Below, one piece after another: positions 49,777-59,721 of a stretch of 64,000 nt of DNA (its first letter is position 1; every line of letters starts with the position of its first letter). This DNA comes from an uncultured Bacteroidales bacterium (GTDB taxonomy: Bacteria; Bacteroidota; Bacteroidia; Bacteroidales; UBA10428): assembly GCA_964406315.1 (NCBI GenBank), contig CAYORG010000013.1, positions 365 to 64,364 of the forward strand. The letters are read 5' to 3'. A program made the position numbers and the translations under genes. Under the pieces are notes generated by a model. It was given only the letters and a program-made list of their open reading frames with translations, searched no databases and was not told where the DNA came from.

Positions 49777-49833
49777 AGTTTGTCAATTTTCTGTAATAAA
49801 AAATGCCCCTATCGGGGCAATTGTTTTGGTTTG

Positions 49834-49918
49834 CGGAGGAAGAGGGATTCGAACCCCCGGTACCTTGCGGTACAACGGTTTTCAAGACCGCCGCATTCGA
49901 CCACTCTGCCATTCCTCC
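49834..49918 (-). tRNA. tRNA-Ser(TGA)
   Basis: GGAGGAATGGCAGAGTGGTCGAATGCGGCGGTCTTGAAAACCGTTGTACCGCAAGGTACCGGGGGTTCGAATCCCTCTTCCTCCG: cloverleaf with long variable arm; CCA not encoded. Confidence 0.97.
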
Positions 49919-50244
49919 GGGCGCGAAAATATAACTTTTTTTAATACGAAGACCAGATCAAATGAAAAAATCAGTTTTCACTCCTGAAATCTTTAAAAAG
50001 AGCAAGAAAATAGAACAAAAAGTAATTTTTTTTATCAACATTATGCTAACTATAAAGCATTCAATATTTTACATTTTTTACTGATTTGAGGTAATCTGTA
50101 AGTTGTTGAATGACTGTTATTTGTTATCTTATCTGTTGCCAAAGTTCCAAAGATTCTATGATTTGATACTGAATAATATTAACATCAAAAAATTGAAAAA
50201 AAGCCTGAAAGGTTGATTTGTAGCGGTAAATTTTGATCTCTAAA

Positions 50245-50275
50245 TTTGCTAAACTTGACAAATAGTCTATATTTG
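50245..50275 (+). promoter_or_regulatory. Bacteroidota -33/-7 promoter for hup
   Basis: TTTG (50245-48), 19 nt, TATATTTG (50268-75). Confidence 0.7.
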
Positions 50276-50326
50276 TATATACATTTACTACTGTGAAAAT
50301 ATTTACTAACCCTAAATTATTTTATC

Positions 50327-50599
50327 ATGAACAAAGCACAATTAATTGATGCAATCGCTAGTAGCGCTGGTCTAACTAAAGCTGATGCCAAGAAAGCTCT
50401 TGATGCATTTATAGGTTCTACTTCAAAGGCACTTAAAAAAGGTGATCGTGTAGCTCTGGTAGGATTTGGTTCTTTTTCTGTAGCAAAAAGAAGTGCACGT
50501 ACAGGAAGAAATCCACAGACTGGTAAAGAAATCACTATTCCTGCTAAAAAGGTGGTTAAATTCAAAGCTGGTAGCGAATTAGCTGATGCTGTTCAATAA
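50327..50599 (+). CDS. hup: DNA-binding protein HU
   Basis: [11 protein letters not shown]...[29 protein letters not shown]. Confidence 0.98.
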   Translation: MNKAQLIDAIASSAGLTKADAKKALDAFIGSTSKALKKGDRVALVGFGSFSVAKRSARTGRNPQTGKEITIPAKKVVKFKAGSELADAVQ

Positions 50600-50620
50600 T
50601 AATGGAAAAAATTACCATGT

Positions 50621-50649
50621 AAGGGAGCAATATGTGCTCCCTTTTTTTA
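50621..50649 (+). terminator. Rho-independent terminator of hup
   Basis: AAGGGAGCA-ATATG-TGCTCCCTT plus T-tract. Confidence 0.8.
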
Positions 50650-50675
50650 TGTCTTAAATAATTATTCCTGACATC

Positions 50676-51344
50676 ATGATAACTGATATAATAAAACTCC
50701 TGGAGAGTTTTATAACAGAAGAGAAAAAAAAATTGTTCTCATCAGTTCTCAAGGAAAGAACCAGATATATCACGGTAGTTCTGGAAGATATATTTCAACC
50801 TCATAACGCCAGTGCAGTGCTTAGAACATGCGATTGTTTCGGTATTCAGGATATTCATATTATTGAAAACAAAAACAAATACAACATCAATCCTGATGTT
50901 ACCATGGGATCAGACAAATGGTTGAATATTAAAAAATACAATGCTTTGTCTGACAATTCATCAGCCGCAATCAATTCATTGAAGGACGCCGGATACAGAA
51001 TTGTTGCCACAACACCCTCCGGAAAACATACTTCTCTTGAAGAATTTGACCTGACAAAAGGTAAAGTAGCGCTTTTCTTTGGTACAGAGCCCAATGGATT
51101 GTCCGATTTTGTATTAAAAGAAGCGGATGAACGTCTTTTCATTCCTATGCATGGATTTACTGAAAGTTTTAATATTTCTGTCTCAGCTGCAATAATTTTA
51201 TACTGCCTTACACTCCAGTTGCGGAATTCATCCATGCCTTGGAAACTAACCCGGAATGAAAGCCTGGAAGTGAAATTCAATTGGTTAAAAAGATCTGTGC
51301 GAAATTCCGAAAACATTGTAAAGAAATATTATTCTGAGCAATAA
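50676..51344 (+). CDS. trmH: SpoU/TrmH family tRNA methyltransferase
   Basis: VLEDIFQPHNASAVLRTCDCFG, FGTEPNG, IPMHGFTESFNISV. Confidence 0.9.
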   Translation: MITDIIKLLESFITEEKKKLFSSVLKERTRYITVVLEDIFQPHNASAVLRTCDCFGIQDIHIIENKNKYNINPDVTMGSDKWLNIKKYNALSDNSSAAINSLKDAGYRIVATTPSGKHTSLEEFDLTKGKVALFFGTEPNGLSDFVLKEADERLFIPMHGFTESFNISVSAAIILYCLTLQLRNSSMPWKLTRNESLEVKFNWLKRSVRNSENIVKKYYSEQ

Positions 51345-51446
51345 CTCAATTATTCTGTTTTTCTTCTCTATAACAAAAGAATTGAAACAAATGGTATCTA
51401 TTTTTTTTTATATATTTGACTACGTTATTGATGAAAACTATTAACT

Positions 51447-52148
51447 ATGAATTGTATAATTATAGATGATGATCAGATGTCCCGCAGAGTAATTGAAGAG
51501 TTTGTAGAACGAACGGATCAATTGCACCTGTTAAGCTCATACGAAAATGCTGTTGACGCAATAAATGCATTTGGTAGCGATGAAGATATTGATTTGATAT
51601 TCCTCGACATTGAAATGCCTGAAATGAGTGGTATCGATTTTCTGGAAACACTTCAAAATCCTCCCCAAATTATCATAGTCTCCTCCAAAGAAAAATACGC
51701 TCTCGATGCCTTCAACTATGATGTCACCGATTATCTTCTGAAGCCTGTGAACTATAGCAGGTTCTTTAAAGCAGTTAATAAAGCAGGCGAGCGATTCAAA
51801 AACAAAGTAGATCCAAGGGAAGATGAAATTTTCATCAAGAAAAACTCAGCACTTGTTCGATTAAAATACAAAGATATTCTATGGGTTGAAGCACTGGAAA
51901 ACTATGTGATTTTTAACACCTTTGAAGATAAATATACCATTCACTTTACAATGAAAGCTATTGAACAAAAGCTTCCTTCAGGTATTTTTACACGTGTTCA
52001 TCGTTCATATATTGTTAACATCAGCTCAATAAATTTTATTGAAGACAATGCCATTGTTATCAAAACAAAAGATGGCGGGAAAACTATTCCCATTGGTAAA
52101 TCCTACAAAGATAAATTGATGGGAGACATTAACCTGATGGTAAAATAA
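51447..52148 (+). CDS. LytTR family response regulator
   Basis: Receiver IIDDD, FLDIEMP, DYLLKP; LytTR F.RVHRSYIVN, IPIGKSY; TATATTTG at 51411. Confidence 0.93.
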   Translation: MNCIIIDDDQMSRRVIEEFVERTDQLHLLSSYENAVDAINAFGSDEDIDLIFLDIEMPEMSGIDFLETLQNPPQIIIVSSKEKYALDAFNYDVTDYLLKPVNYSRFFKAVNKAGERFKNKVDPREDEIFIKKNSALVRLKYKDILWVEALENYVIFNTFEDKYTIHFTMKAIEQKLPSGIFTRVHRSYIVNISSINFIEDNAIVIKTKDGGKTIPIGKSYKDKLMGDINLMVK

Positions 52149-52198
52149 TTCTTTCCATTTTCTGTTTTATCTATAAAAATCTTGTCAATTTCTAACTT

Positions 52199-53014
52199 AT
52201 GTCCCATGCATTCATTGTGATGACATTGTTTATTATTCTGCAACCCGTTACACTTTTCGGCCAGGATAGTCTCTCTTTAAATCAATGTGAAGAAAAACTT
52301 ACAGTTTTATACAATTCAATTCTCAATGAAAATCCTTATAACAGAGAAAATATAAGCAGAGCCTTTTACGATGAATTTTATACGATGCTCGAAGAAGAAG
52401 AAGGCTCTTTTACTCATCCGTTCAGTAAACTTGAAAACATTGGTAAAATCTATTCAGCGGATAAAAGGATCAGGATCTATACCTGGAACATTCCATATGC
52501 CATGGATAAGAATCTTTACTATGGAATTGTGCAGTATTATTCAAATGTCCATGAAAAATACATTGCAGTAAAACTTAACGATTCATTGACTTATTCTCAA
52601 AATTCCCGGCCCGTTGATTGGCCGGGTGCTTTATACTATGAAATTATCGTCACCAGGCATACCGGACAAAAATACTATACATTGCTGGGATTTGACTTAC
52701 ACAATGTATTGTCTAATAAAAAACGTATCGATGTATTATCGATCAATGAGTTTGATGAATTGTATGTATGTCAGAAACTATTTCAGTATGACGGCAAACT
52801 TCTGGATAACCTCGAATTTGAATACAATGAGAAAGTCGTTATGAGTCTTAGATACAACCACGAAACAAAAATGATTGTATTCGATCATTTATCACCTGGT
52901 AAACCTTCTTTAGAACATCAATACGAATTCTACGGACCTGACTTTACCTATGACGGACTTAAGTTTGAGAGAGGAATGTGGGTGCTTTATAAAGATATTG
53001 ACATCACAAACTGA
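52199..53014 (+). CDS. Conserved Bacteroidota periplasmic hypothetical protein
   Basis: Signal peptide; RIYTWN, GALYY, VFDHLSP...YGPDF.YDG pattern. Confidence 0.7.
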   Translation: MSHAFIVMTLFIILQPVTLFGQDSLSLNQCEEKLTVLYNSILNENPYNRENISRAFYDEFYTMLEEEEGSFTHPFSKLENIGKIYSADKRIRIYTWNIPYAMDKNLYYGIVQYYSNVHEKYIAVKLNDSLTYSQNSRPVDWPGALYYEIIVTRHTGQKYYTLLGFDLHNVLSNKKRIDVLSINEFDELYVCQKLFQYDGKLLDNLEFEYNEKVVMSLRYNHETKMIVFDHLSPGKPSLEHQYEFYGPDFTYDGLKFERGMWVLYKDIDITN

Positions 53015-53078
53015 TATTTTTTCAGTATTGTTTTTGTTTTTCTTACCATAGTATGACTATATGACAGCTAATACAGAC

Positions 53079-53093
53079 TGGCATATTCTTTGA
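53079..53093 (+). promoter_or_regulatory. Sigma54-like -24/-12 element upstream of htpG
   Basis: TGGCAT-ATTCT-TTGA versus TGGCAC-N5-TTGC, exact spacing. Confidence 0.45.
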
Positions 53094-53138
53094 AAAACCA
53101 TCATGCTGATAACATGTGAAATTTAAATTGGAGATATT

Positions 53139-55184
53139 ATGCAAACTGGTAAAATTGGAGTAACAACGGAAAATATATTCCCTATCATTAAAAAATATCT
53201 ATATTCCGATCATGAAATATTTCTGAGAGAGGTCATGTCCAACGCTGTTGACGCCACCCAAAAGCTGAAAACCCTTGCCAACATGGGTGATTTTAAAGGT
53301 GAACTTGGCGATCTGACCATCAGGGTAGCAATAGACAAAAAGAAAGGAACTCTTACTGTCTCCGATCAGGGAATAGGAATGACCCAGGAAGAAATTGAAA
53401 AATACATCAATCAGATTGCTTTGTCAAGTGCTGAGGATTTCCTTGAAAAATACAAAAACCAGGAGAATGCAATCATCGGGCATTTTGGATTAGGGTTTTT
53501 TAGCACTTTCATGGTTTCTGACAAGGTTGAAATTATCACAAAATCATACAAAGCCAAGGCAAAAGCCATTAAGTGGTCATGTGAAGGAACACCGGAATAC
53601 AATATCGATAATGCCGATAAATCTGCAAGGGGAACGGATGTGATCCTCCATCTTGACAAAGATTCAAAAGAATTCCTTGAAGAAACTAAAGTAAATCAGT
53701 TGTTGAATAAGTATTGCAGATTTCTTCCTGTTGAAATAGCTTTTGGAAAAGAAAAAGAATGGAAAGACGGAAAGGAAGTTGAACTTGAAAAAGATAAAAT
53801 CATTAATGATACAAATCCTCTATGGACAAGAAAACCTGCAGATCTTAAAGAAGAGGATTATACTAAATTTTACCGCGATTTGTATCCGATCAGCGAAACT
53901 CCTTTGTTTAATATTCATTTAAATGTAGATTATCCTTTCAATCTGACAGGTATATTGTATTTCCCGAGAATTAAAAACAACATAGAAATTCAGAAGAATA
54001 AAATACAATTGTATTGTAACCAGGTCTTTGTTACCGATTCTGTTGAAGGTATAGTACCTGAATTTCTTACCCTGTTGCATGGGGTTCTGGATTCACCGGA
54101 TATACCTCTGAATGTATCACGATCTTATCTTCAGAGTGATTCAAATGTTAAAAAGATCTCAAATCATATTACAAAAAAAGTGGCCGACCGACTGACGGAG
54201 ATCTTCAAAAACGACAGAAAACAATTTGAAAAGAAATGGGATGATCTGAAATTATTCATTGAATACGGAATGATTTCCGAAGAAAAGTTCTATGAAAAAG
54301 CTGAGAAATTTGCTCTTCTTAAAAACACTGATAATAAATATTTTACTCTTGAAGAATACCAAAAACTAATTAAAGAAAATCAAACCGATAAAAACAAAAC
54401 TCTGATATACCTTTACGCGACGAATGTTGATGAGCAGCATAGTTTCGTAGAAGCTGCAAAAGAAAAAGGTTACGATGTGCTGGTAATGGATGGTCAGCTT
54501 GACACTCATTTTCTCAATCACCTTGAACAAAAGTTAAAAAACTCCAGGTTTACGAGAGTGGATTCAGATGCAATTGATAAATTGGTTGAAAAAGGAGAAA
54601 CCAAAGAACTAAAACTAAGCTCAGAGCAACAAAACAGTCTTACACCGGTATTTCAGGGATTACTTCCCGATAAGGCAAATTACGTTGTAAGCTACGAAGC
54701 AATGGGTGAAAATGAGAGTCCTCTTCTGATAACTCAATCCGAATTTATGCGCCGAATGAAAGACATGTCTGCCCTTGGTGGTGGAATGAATTTTTATGGT
54801 GAAATGCCTGACAGCTATAACCTTGTTGTAAATGGAAATCATACACTGATCTTAAGATTGAATGATGAACTGGAGAAAAAACTTTCTGGTGAATTGAAAA
54901 AAATAGATGAGAAAATTAAACCTCTTAATGACAATAAAGCCAAACTTGACAAGACTGCAAAAGATAAAAAGGAAGAAGAAATAAAACAGGAAGACAAGGA
55001 TCGTATTGAAGAACTCACAAAGAAAATCTCTGAGCTGCAGGAAAAGAAAAACAAACTGCTTAAAAAATTCGGAAATGACAATAAACTTGTTAAACAATTG
55101 ATAGATCTGGCTTTACTGGCAAATGGCATGCTGAAAGGAGAAGAACTTACAAAGTTTGTAAAAAGAAGTATTGAACTTATGTAA
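53139..55184 (+). CDS. htpG: Chaperone HtpG (Hsp90)
   Basis: IFLREVMSNAVDA, DQGIGMT, IGHFGLGF, LNVSRSYLQ. Confidence 0.97.
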   Translation: MQTGKIGVTTENIFPIIKKYLYSDHEIFLREVMSNAVDATQKLKTLANMGDFKGELGDLTIRVAIDKKKGTLTVSDQGIGMTQEEIEKYINQIALSSAEDFLEKYKNQENAIIGHFGLGFFSTFMVSDKVEIITKSYKAKAKAIKWSCEGTPEYNIDNADKSARGTDVILHLDKDSKEFLEETKVNQLLNKYCRFLPVEIAFGKEKEWKDGKEVELEKDKIINDTNPLWTRKPADLKEEDYTKFYRDLYPISETPLFNIHLNVDYPFNLTGILYFPRIKNNIEIQKNKIQLYCNQVFVTDSVEGIVPEFLTLLHGVLDSPDIPLNVSRSYLQSDSNVKKISNHITKKVADRLTEIFKNDRKQFEKKWDDLKLFIEYGMISEEKFYEKAEKFALLKNTDNKYFTLEEYQKLIKENQTDKNKTLIYLYATNVDEQHSFVEAAKEKGYDVLVMDGQLDTHFLNHLEQKLKNSRFTRVDSDAIDKLVEKGETKELKLSSEQQNSLTPVFQGLLPDKANYVVSYEAMGENESPLLITQSEFMRRMKDMSALGGGMNFYGEMPDSYNLVVNGNHTLILRLNDELEKKLSGELKKIDEKIKPLNDNKAKLDKTAKDKKEEEIKQEDKDRIEELTKKISELQEKKNKLLKKFGNDNKLVKQLIDLALLANGMLKGEELTKFVKRSIELM

Positions 55185-55206
55185 TCATAAACAATCAATA
55201 GATTTT

Positions 55207-55238
55207 AAAGCTGTGTGGTATTTCATACAGCTTTTTTT
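55207..55238 (+). terminator. Rho-independent terminator of htpG
   Basis: AAAGCTGTGTG / CATACAGCTTT plus T-tract. Confidence 0.75.
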
Positions 55239-55330
55239 ATTAACAGATTTTCCACAATTCTTCCTGTCATATAAGGAAACAATCAAATTGTTATATTTTT
55301 ACAGAAATTAACCATTTTAAAAAATGCATA

Positions 55331-56524
55331 ATGGACCCAGTTTCTACAAGATTAGCAAGTCTTTCTCCTTCTGCAACTATGGCCATGAATCAGGCTGGCA
55401 GGGATCTTAAGGCAAAAGGAATTGATGTGATTAATTTGAGCGTAGGGGAACCCGATTTCAATACTCCCGATCATATAAAGAATGCAGGTAAAAAAGCGAT
55501 TGATGATAACTATTCATTTTATCCGCCGGCTCCCGGTTTTCCCGAATTGCGAGAAGCTGTTACCATAAAATTCAAAAGAGAGAACAACCTCGATTATACA
55601 CCTGAACAAATTGTTGTATCAGCCGGAGCTAAGAATTCATTGGCAAATGTTATTCTTAGCCTGATTGATAAAGATGATGAAGTAATTGTACCTTCTCCTT
55701 ACTGGGTAACTTATGTAGAACTTGTTAAACTCGCAGAAGGTAAAAATGTTGTTGTAAGAGGTGTTATTGAAAATGATTTTAAAGTAACTCCGGAACAGAT
55801 CGAAAAAGCAATCACCCCAAAAACCAAAGCCTTGCTTCTATGTTCCCCGTCGAATCCGACAGGAAGCGTATACAGTAAATCTGAACTGGAGGGCATTGCT
55901 AAAGTAATTGAAAAACATCCCCGGATATTTGTCATAACAGATGAGATCTATGAACACATTAATTTTGTTGGTAAGCATGAATCCATTGGTCAGTTTGACT
56001 CCATTAAAGATCGCGTGGTAATTGTTAACGGGGTCTCAAAAGCTTATGCAATGACCGGTTGGCGAATCGGATACATTGCTGCCCCTCTTTGGCTGGCAAA
56101 AGCTTGCACAAAACTTCAGGGCCAGATTCTTACCGGTCCGACAACAAATGCTCAAAAAGCTGCTGTTACTGCGCTTACAAGTGACCAGAGCTGCGTAAAG
56201 GAAATGCTTGTGGCATTTAAAAGAAGAAAAGAACTGATTATGAATTTATTGAAAGAGGTTCCCAACATACAAGTTTCAGAACCGGAAGGAGCTTTCTATG
56301 TTTTTCCCAAGATTGATGCCTATTTCGGAAAGTCTTTTAAAGGTCAGAAAATAAGATCATCAACAGATCTTTGTCTTTATCTCTTAAATGAAGGCCATAT
56401 TGCCACAGTACCCGGAGAAGCATTTGGTGAACCCACCGGTTTAAGGATTTCCTTCGCTACCTCTGACGATAAAATTATAGAAGCCATTAAACGATTGAAA
56501 GCATCATTAGCGAATCTAACCTAA
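55331..56524 (+). CDS. aspC: Aspartate aminotransferase (class I/II PLP)
   Basis: VGEPDF, SPSNPTG, DEIY, SKAYAMTGWRIG. Confidence 0.92.
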   Translation: MDPVSTRLASLSPSATMAMNQAGRDLKAKGIDVINLSVGEPDFNTPDHIKNAGKKAIDDNYSFYPPAPGFPELREAVTIKFKRENNLDYTPEQIVVSAGAKNSLANVILSLIDKDDEVIVPSPYWVTYVELVKLAEGKNVVVRGVIENDFKVTPEQIEKAITPKTKALLLCSPSNPTGSVYSKSELEGIAKVIEKHPRIFVITDEIYEHINFVGKHESIGQFDSIKDRVVIVNGVSKAYAMTGWRIGYIAAPLWLAKACTKLQGQILTGPTTNAQKAAVTALTSDQSCVKEMLVAFKRRKELIMNLLKEVPNIQVSEPEGAFYVFPKIDAYFGKSFKGQKIRSSTDLCLYLLNEGHIATVPGEAFGEPTGLRISFATSDDKIIEAIKRLKASLANLT

Positions 56525-56544
56525 AACAAATAGTATATATTAAC

Positions 56545-56575
56545 ATCCCGGATCAGATGATCCGGGATTTTTTTC
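56545..56575 (+). terminator. Rho-independent terminator of aspC
   Basis: ATCCCGGATC-AGAT-GATCCGGGAT plus T-tract. Confidence 0.85.
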
Positions 56576-56578
56576 TTT

Positions 56579-56698
56579 GAATCTGAATTTCATATCACAC
56601 TTGATGTCAAACCTGGGAAAGCAGGTATAGATCCCCTATACAAACTTGTGGATAAGGACATATACGACAACGATAAAAAACTGAAGGTCAGAAATTAG
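56579..56698 (+). pseudogene. 3' remnant of an M1 aminopeptidase-type gene
   Basis: Reads ESEFHITLDVKPGKAGIDPLYKLVDKDIYDNDKKLKVRN*, resembling the KP..AGIDP..KL.D...DN C-terminus of Bacteroidota M1 aminopeptidase/ABC-permease fusions. No start codon. Confidence 0.55.
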
Positions 56699-57165
56699 AT
56701 TTCTCTTTTAATATAGGTTGAATAATCCTTAATAATCGGATGATATTCCTGTTGCATTAAATCGGATGAGATTATAAAATCGGCTGTAGACTTGTTATTG
56801 GCGGTAGGAATATTGTATAAAACTGTTATACGAAGCAAAGCTTTCACATCAACATCATGAGGCTGAGGCTGCATTGGATCCCATAAAAATATCACTATAT
56901 CTATTTTCCCTTCTGCAATCATCGCTCCGAGTTGCTGATCGCCTCCCAATGGTCCTGACTTAAGCTTTACGATTTCCAGTTTTTCATTCCCCTGAGAATT
57001 TTCTGTTATCTTTTTCAGCAAGGCCTCTTCAATCAAACGACCAGTTGTTCCTGTGCACACAAGTTTATGCTTCAACAATTCCTGCCAATTCCATTCTGCC
57101 CATTCAACAAGATCTTTTTTCCTGTTATCGTGCGCAACCAGACCTATTCTCTTTTGTATTTTCAT
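56695..57165 (-). CDS. mgsA: Methylglyoxal synthase
   Basis: LVAHDNRK, TGTTG, SGPLGGDQQ, DPMQPQPHDVDVKALLR. Confidence 0.96.
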   Translation of the reverse strand: MKIQKRIGLVAHDNRKKDLVEWAEWNWQELLKHKLVCTGTTGRLIEEALLKKITENSQGNEKLEIVKLKSGPLGGDQQLGAMIAEGKIDIVIFLWDPMQPQPHDVDVKALLRITVLYNIPTANNKSTADFIISSDLMQQEYHPIIKDYSTYIKREI

Positions 57166-57168
57166 ATT

Positions 57169-58308
57169 CTAATTCAGTTTAATATTTCTTAATTCTGTTA
57201 AGTATCTCTGGTAATACTCATCCAATATTTTTTCTTCCAGTTCTTTTTCTTTCATCATACGTTTTTCATAATCATACTTACTCTCACCTTTTTTCTTCGG
57301 ATCAAAAATGTCTGCTGTATTTTTGTCGGCATGAAATTCATCATAAAATGCATATTCCACGAATATCTTTTTTGAAAGGTGCCACAACATCACTTTTTTA
57401 TCGACACCTCCACTCGCCAACAGGTCTCCGTTAGCATTCACTGCAATACAATTGACAATACCTTCATGGTCTGAGAATGTGTAGATCATTTTGCCTGTCT
57501 TTGTCTGCCACAAGCGAATAGAACCATCAAAAGAAGCACTGATTATATGATTGCCATCAGGAGTAAATTCAATATCCAGAATTCCTTTATCATGTCCGCT
57601 GTATGTCATAACTACTTCGCCTGTTTCAAAATTCCAGAGACGAATCGTCTGATCTCTCGAGCAGGTTGCAAAGTATTGACCTCCCGGATGAAACTCAATG
57701 TCATAAATATTGTCTGTGTGTTTTTCAAGCGATTTCATAAGTTCACCTGTTTTGGCATTCCATACTTTTACTGTCCGGTCCAGAGATCCGCTGACAAGGT
57801 ATTTTTCATCGGGACTGAAAGTAACAGGAAGTGTACTTTTTTCATGCCCTTCGAGGATAAACTCAATTTCCTGAGTTTGAACATCCCACACTTTCAAAGT
57901 ATAATCATAAGAACCTGCAGCAATTTTATTTCTTTCGGGCGCATAATCAAGCGACCAGATATGTGTTGAATTTCCCTTAAAAACAGCCAGGTTATTGTTA
58001 TTCATATCAATTAGTTTGATATCATTCCCCGAACCAAAAAACAGATTGTTTACCTGTGTAATTTCTATAGCGCGGGGAGGAAAATAATTATCAGATAGTT
58101 TTGAATCAACCTTGAGGGTTTGCAGATTGTAAAAGCATAATAACTTATCCTCACCTCCACTTGCCAGAAATTTATTATCAGGACTGAAAGCAACACTTAA
58201 AACAGATCCTTTATGTTCTTTAAAGACTTTCAACAGATATTCATCATCCTGCGCAGAGAGTATGTTAATAATGAACAAATTCAACAGAAGAAAAGCTAAT
58301 GATTTCAT
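57169..58308 (-). CDS. Secreted WD40-repeat protein
   Basis: Signal peptide; about 7 GH...FSPD...SGS.D.T..VW repeats. Confidence 0.92.
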   Translation of the reverse strand: MKSLAFLLLNLFIINILSAQDDEYLLKVFKEHKGSVLSVAFSPDNKFLASGGEDKLLCFYNLQTLKVDSKLSDNYFPPRAIEITQVNNLFFGSGNDIKLIDMNNNNLAVFKGNSTHIWSLDYAPERNKIAAGSYDYTLKVWDVQTQEIEFILEGHEKSTLPVTFSPDEKYLVSGSLDRTVKVWNAKTGELMKSLEKHTDNIYDIEFHPGGQYFATCSRDQTIRLWNFETGEVVMTYSGHDKGILDIEFTPDGNHIISASFDGSIRLWQTKTGKMIYTFSDHEGIVNCIAVNANGDLLASGGVDKKVMLWHLSKKIFVEYAFYDEFHADKNTADIFDPKKKGESKYDYEKRMMKEKELEEKILDEYYQRYLTELRNIKLN

Positions 58309-58332
58309 ACAAGATATTGGTTTATTTATGAA

Positions 58333-59154
58333 TTATTCAATACGTGATGTCAAAGGATTTTTTAATCCTTCGACACTTTCAAGATATGCCTTTACCGATC
58401 CAATCAATATTTTTGCCTCAACAAGAACCGGAATACGATTGTCATCATCCGTTACCCAAACAATCATATCTTCTCCTCCTTTAAAAATGGTACCTTCTAT
58501 TAATAATGCAGAAAACTTAATGCAACGATAGGGAATGCCTTCTCTGGTTTCAATGTTTTCTTTGCCGAGGTAACGAATGTACAATGTAAATACCTCATTA
58601 TCGAGCAATGAAGTTGCGGGAATTGTATCACCTATATGAAGTTTTGTAAAATCCAGATTACGACAACGATATACAAAAGATAAAACATCAAATGTACAGG
58701 GCGGAATCTGAATGGTATCTCTGGCAAAAGGCTGATCAGAATTTTCCGTACTGGAATATACGAGGTTCTCTTTGTAATCAAAAAAGTACTCATTATTGAC
58801 TTCAAAACCTCCTTCATAATTTTCACGATGAAACCATAAAGGACGGAGAGTTTCCTTGTCAAGGAATGCCTGATACCTGTCTCTAACCTTAAAAATCCAA
58901 TCATAGGATTTATGACTTGCACCATATGAATCAAAATGGTATACCTGTTTACCAAGGTATGTTGCAGGTTTTACCTTAAATTCAACAAAACCGGCATTTA
59001 ACCATATAAAACCCCAATTGTAATAGGCCTGATATCGTATGATTTCGCCCTCCTGAAATGCAAAGTTGTTATTAAAACACTGTGAACTGGCAAGTGAATA
59101 AATAAATAGTACTAGAATAGAAAAAAACAGAATTCTCACTTCAATCTCTTTCAA
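58333..59154 (-). CDS. DUF3108 domain protein
   Basis: FQEGE...Y...YNWGFIW, FKVRDRY, FDVLS, VWVTDD.NRIPV...AKILIGSVKA. Confidence 0.8.
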   Translation of the reverse strand: MKEIEVRILFFSILVLFIYSLASSQCFNNNFAFQEGEIIRYQAYYNWGFIWLNAGFVEFKVKPATYLGKQVYHFDSYGASHKSYDWIFKVRDRYQAFLDKETLRPLWFHRENYEGGFEVNNEYFFDYKENLVYSSTENSDQPFARDTIQIPPCTFDVLSFVYRCRNLDFTKLHIGDTIPATSLLDNEVFTLYIRYLGKENIETREGIPYRCIKFSALLIEGTIFKGGEDMIVWVTDDDNRIPVLVEAKILIGSVKAYLESVEGLKNPLTSRIE

Positions 59155-59203
59155 ATAAAGATAAGAAACTCTCGCGATGATTTTCTTAAAACTTATTCCT
59201 CAG

Positions 59204-59710
59204 TTATAAACCCAGCAATTCGGAATAAATTACGTAATTCTCATCATCAAAAACTACAAAGATAATTTCTTTAATAAACTCGGCATTTTCTCTAAACTGA
59301 TACGCTTGTGCCAGAGCAATCTTTGCCGCTTCTCTCTTAGGAAAACAATATACCCCTGTACTAATATTTGGAAATGCAATAGTTTTCAACTTTAGATTCT
59401 CAGCAATCTGCAAACTATTGCGATAGCAGCTGGCAAGCATTTTTTCTTCATTGTCACTTCCACCGTGCCAAACAGGACCGACTGTATGAATTATAAATTT
59501 TGCCAGCAAATTGTACCCACTGGTTATTTTTGCTTCTCCAACCGGACACCCGCCCAGTGTTTTACACTCGGCCAGTAAACCGGGTCCTGCTGCTCTATGA
59601 ATTGCACCATCAACTCCACCTCCACCTAATAAGGAAGAATTTGCCGCATTGACTATTACGTCAACTTTAAGTTTTGTAATATCTCCTTTTTTAAGAGTGA
59701 GTTTGGTCAT
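59204..59710 (-). CDS. Macro domain O-acetyl-ADP-ribose deacetylase (YmdB-like)
   Basis: GDIT...[38 protein letters not shown]. Confidence 0.93.
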   Translation of the reverse strand: MTKLTLKKGDITKLKVDVIVNAANSSLLGGGGVDGAIHRAAGPGLLAECKTLGGCPVGEAKITSGYNLLAKFIIHTVGPVWHGGSDNEEKMLASCYRNSLQIAENLKLKTIAFPNISTGVYCFPKREAAKIALAQAYQFRENAEFIKEIIFVVFDDENYVIYSELLGL

Positions 59711-59721
59711 AATATTGTTTT

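Noticed and set aside
49834-50326. Genomic island or prophage at tRNA-Ser
   Set aside because: No integrase and no duplicated tRNA 3' end; the flanks are housekeeping genes.
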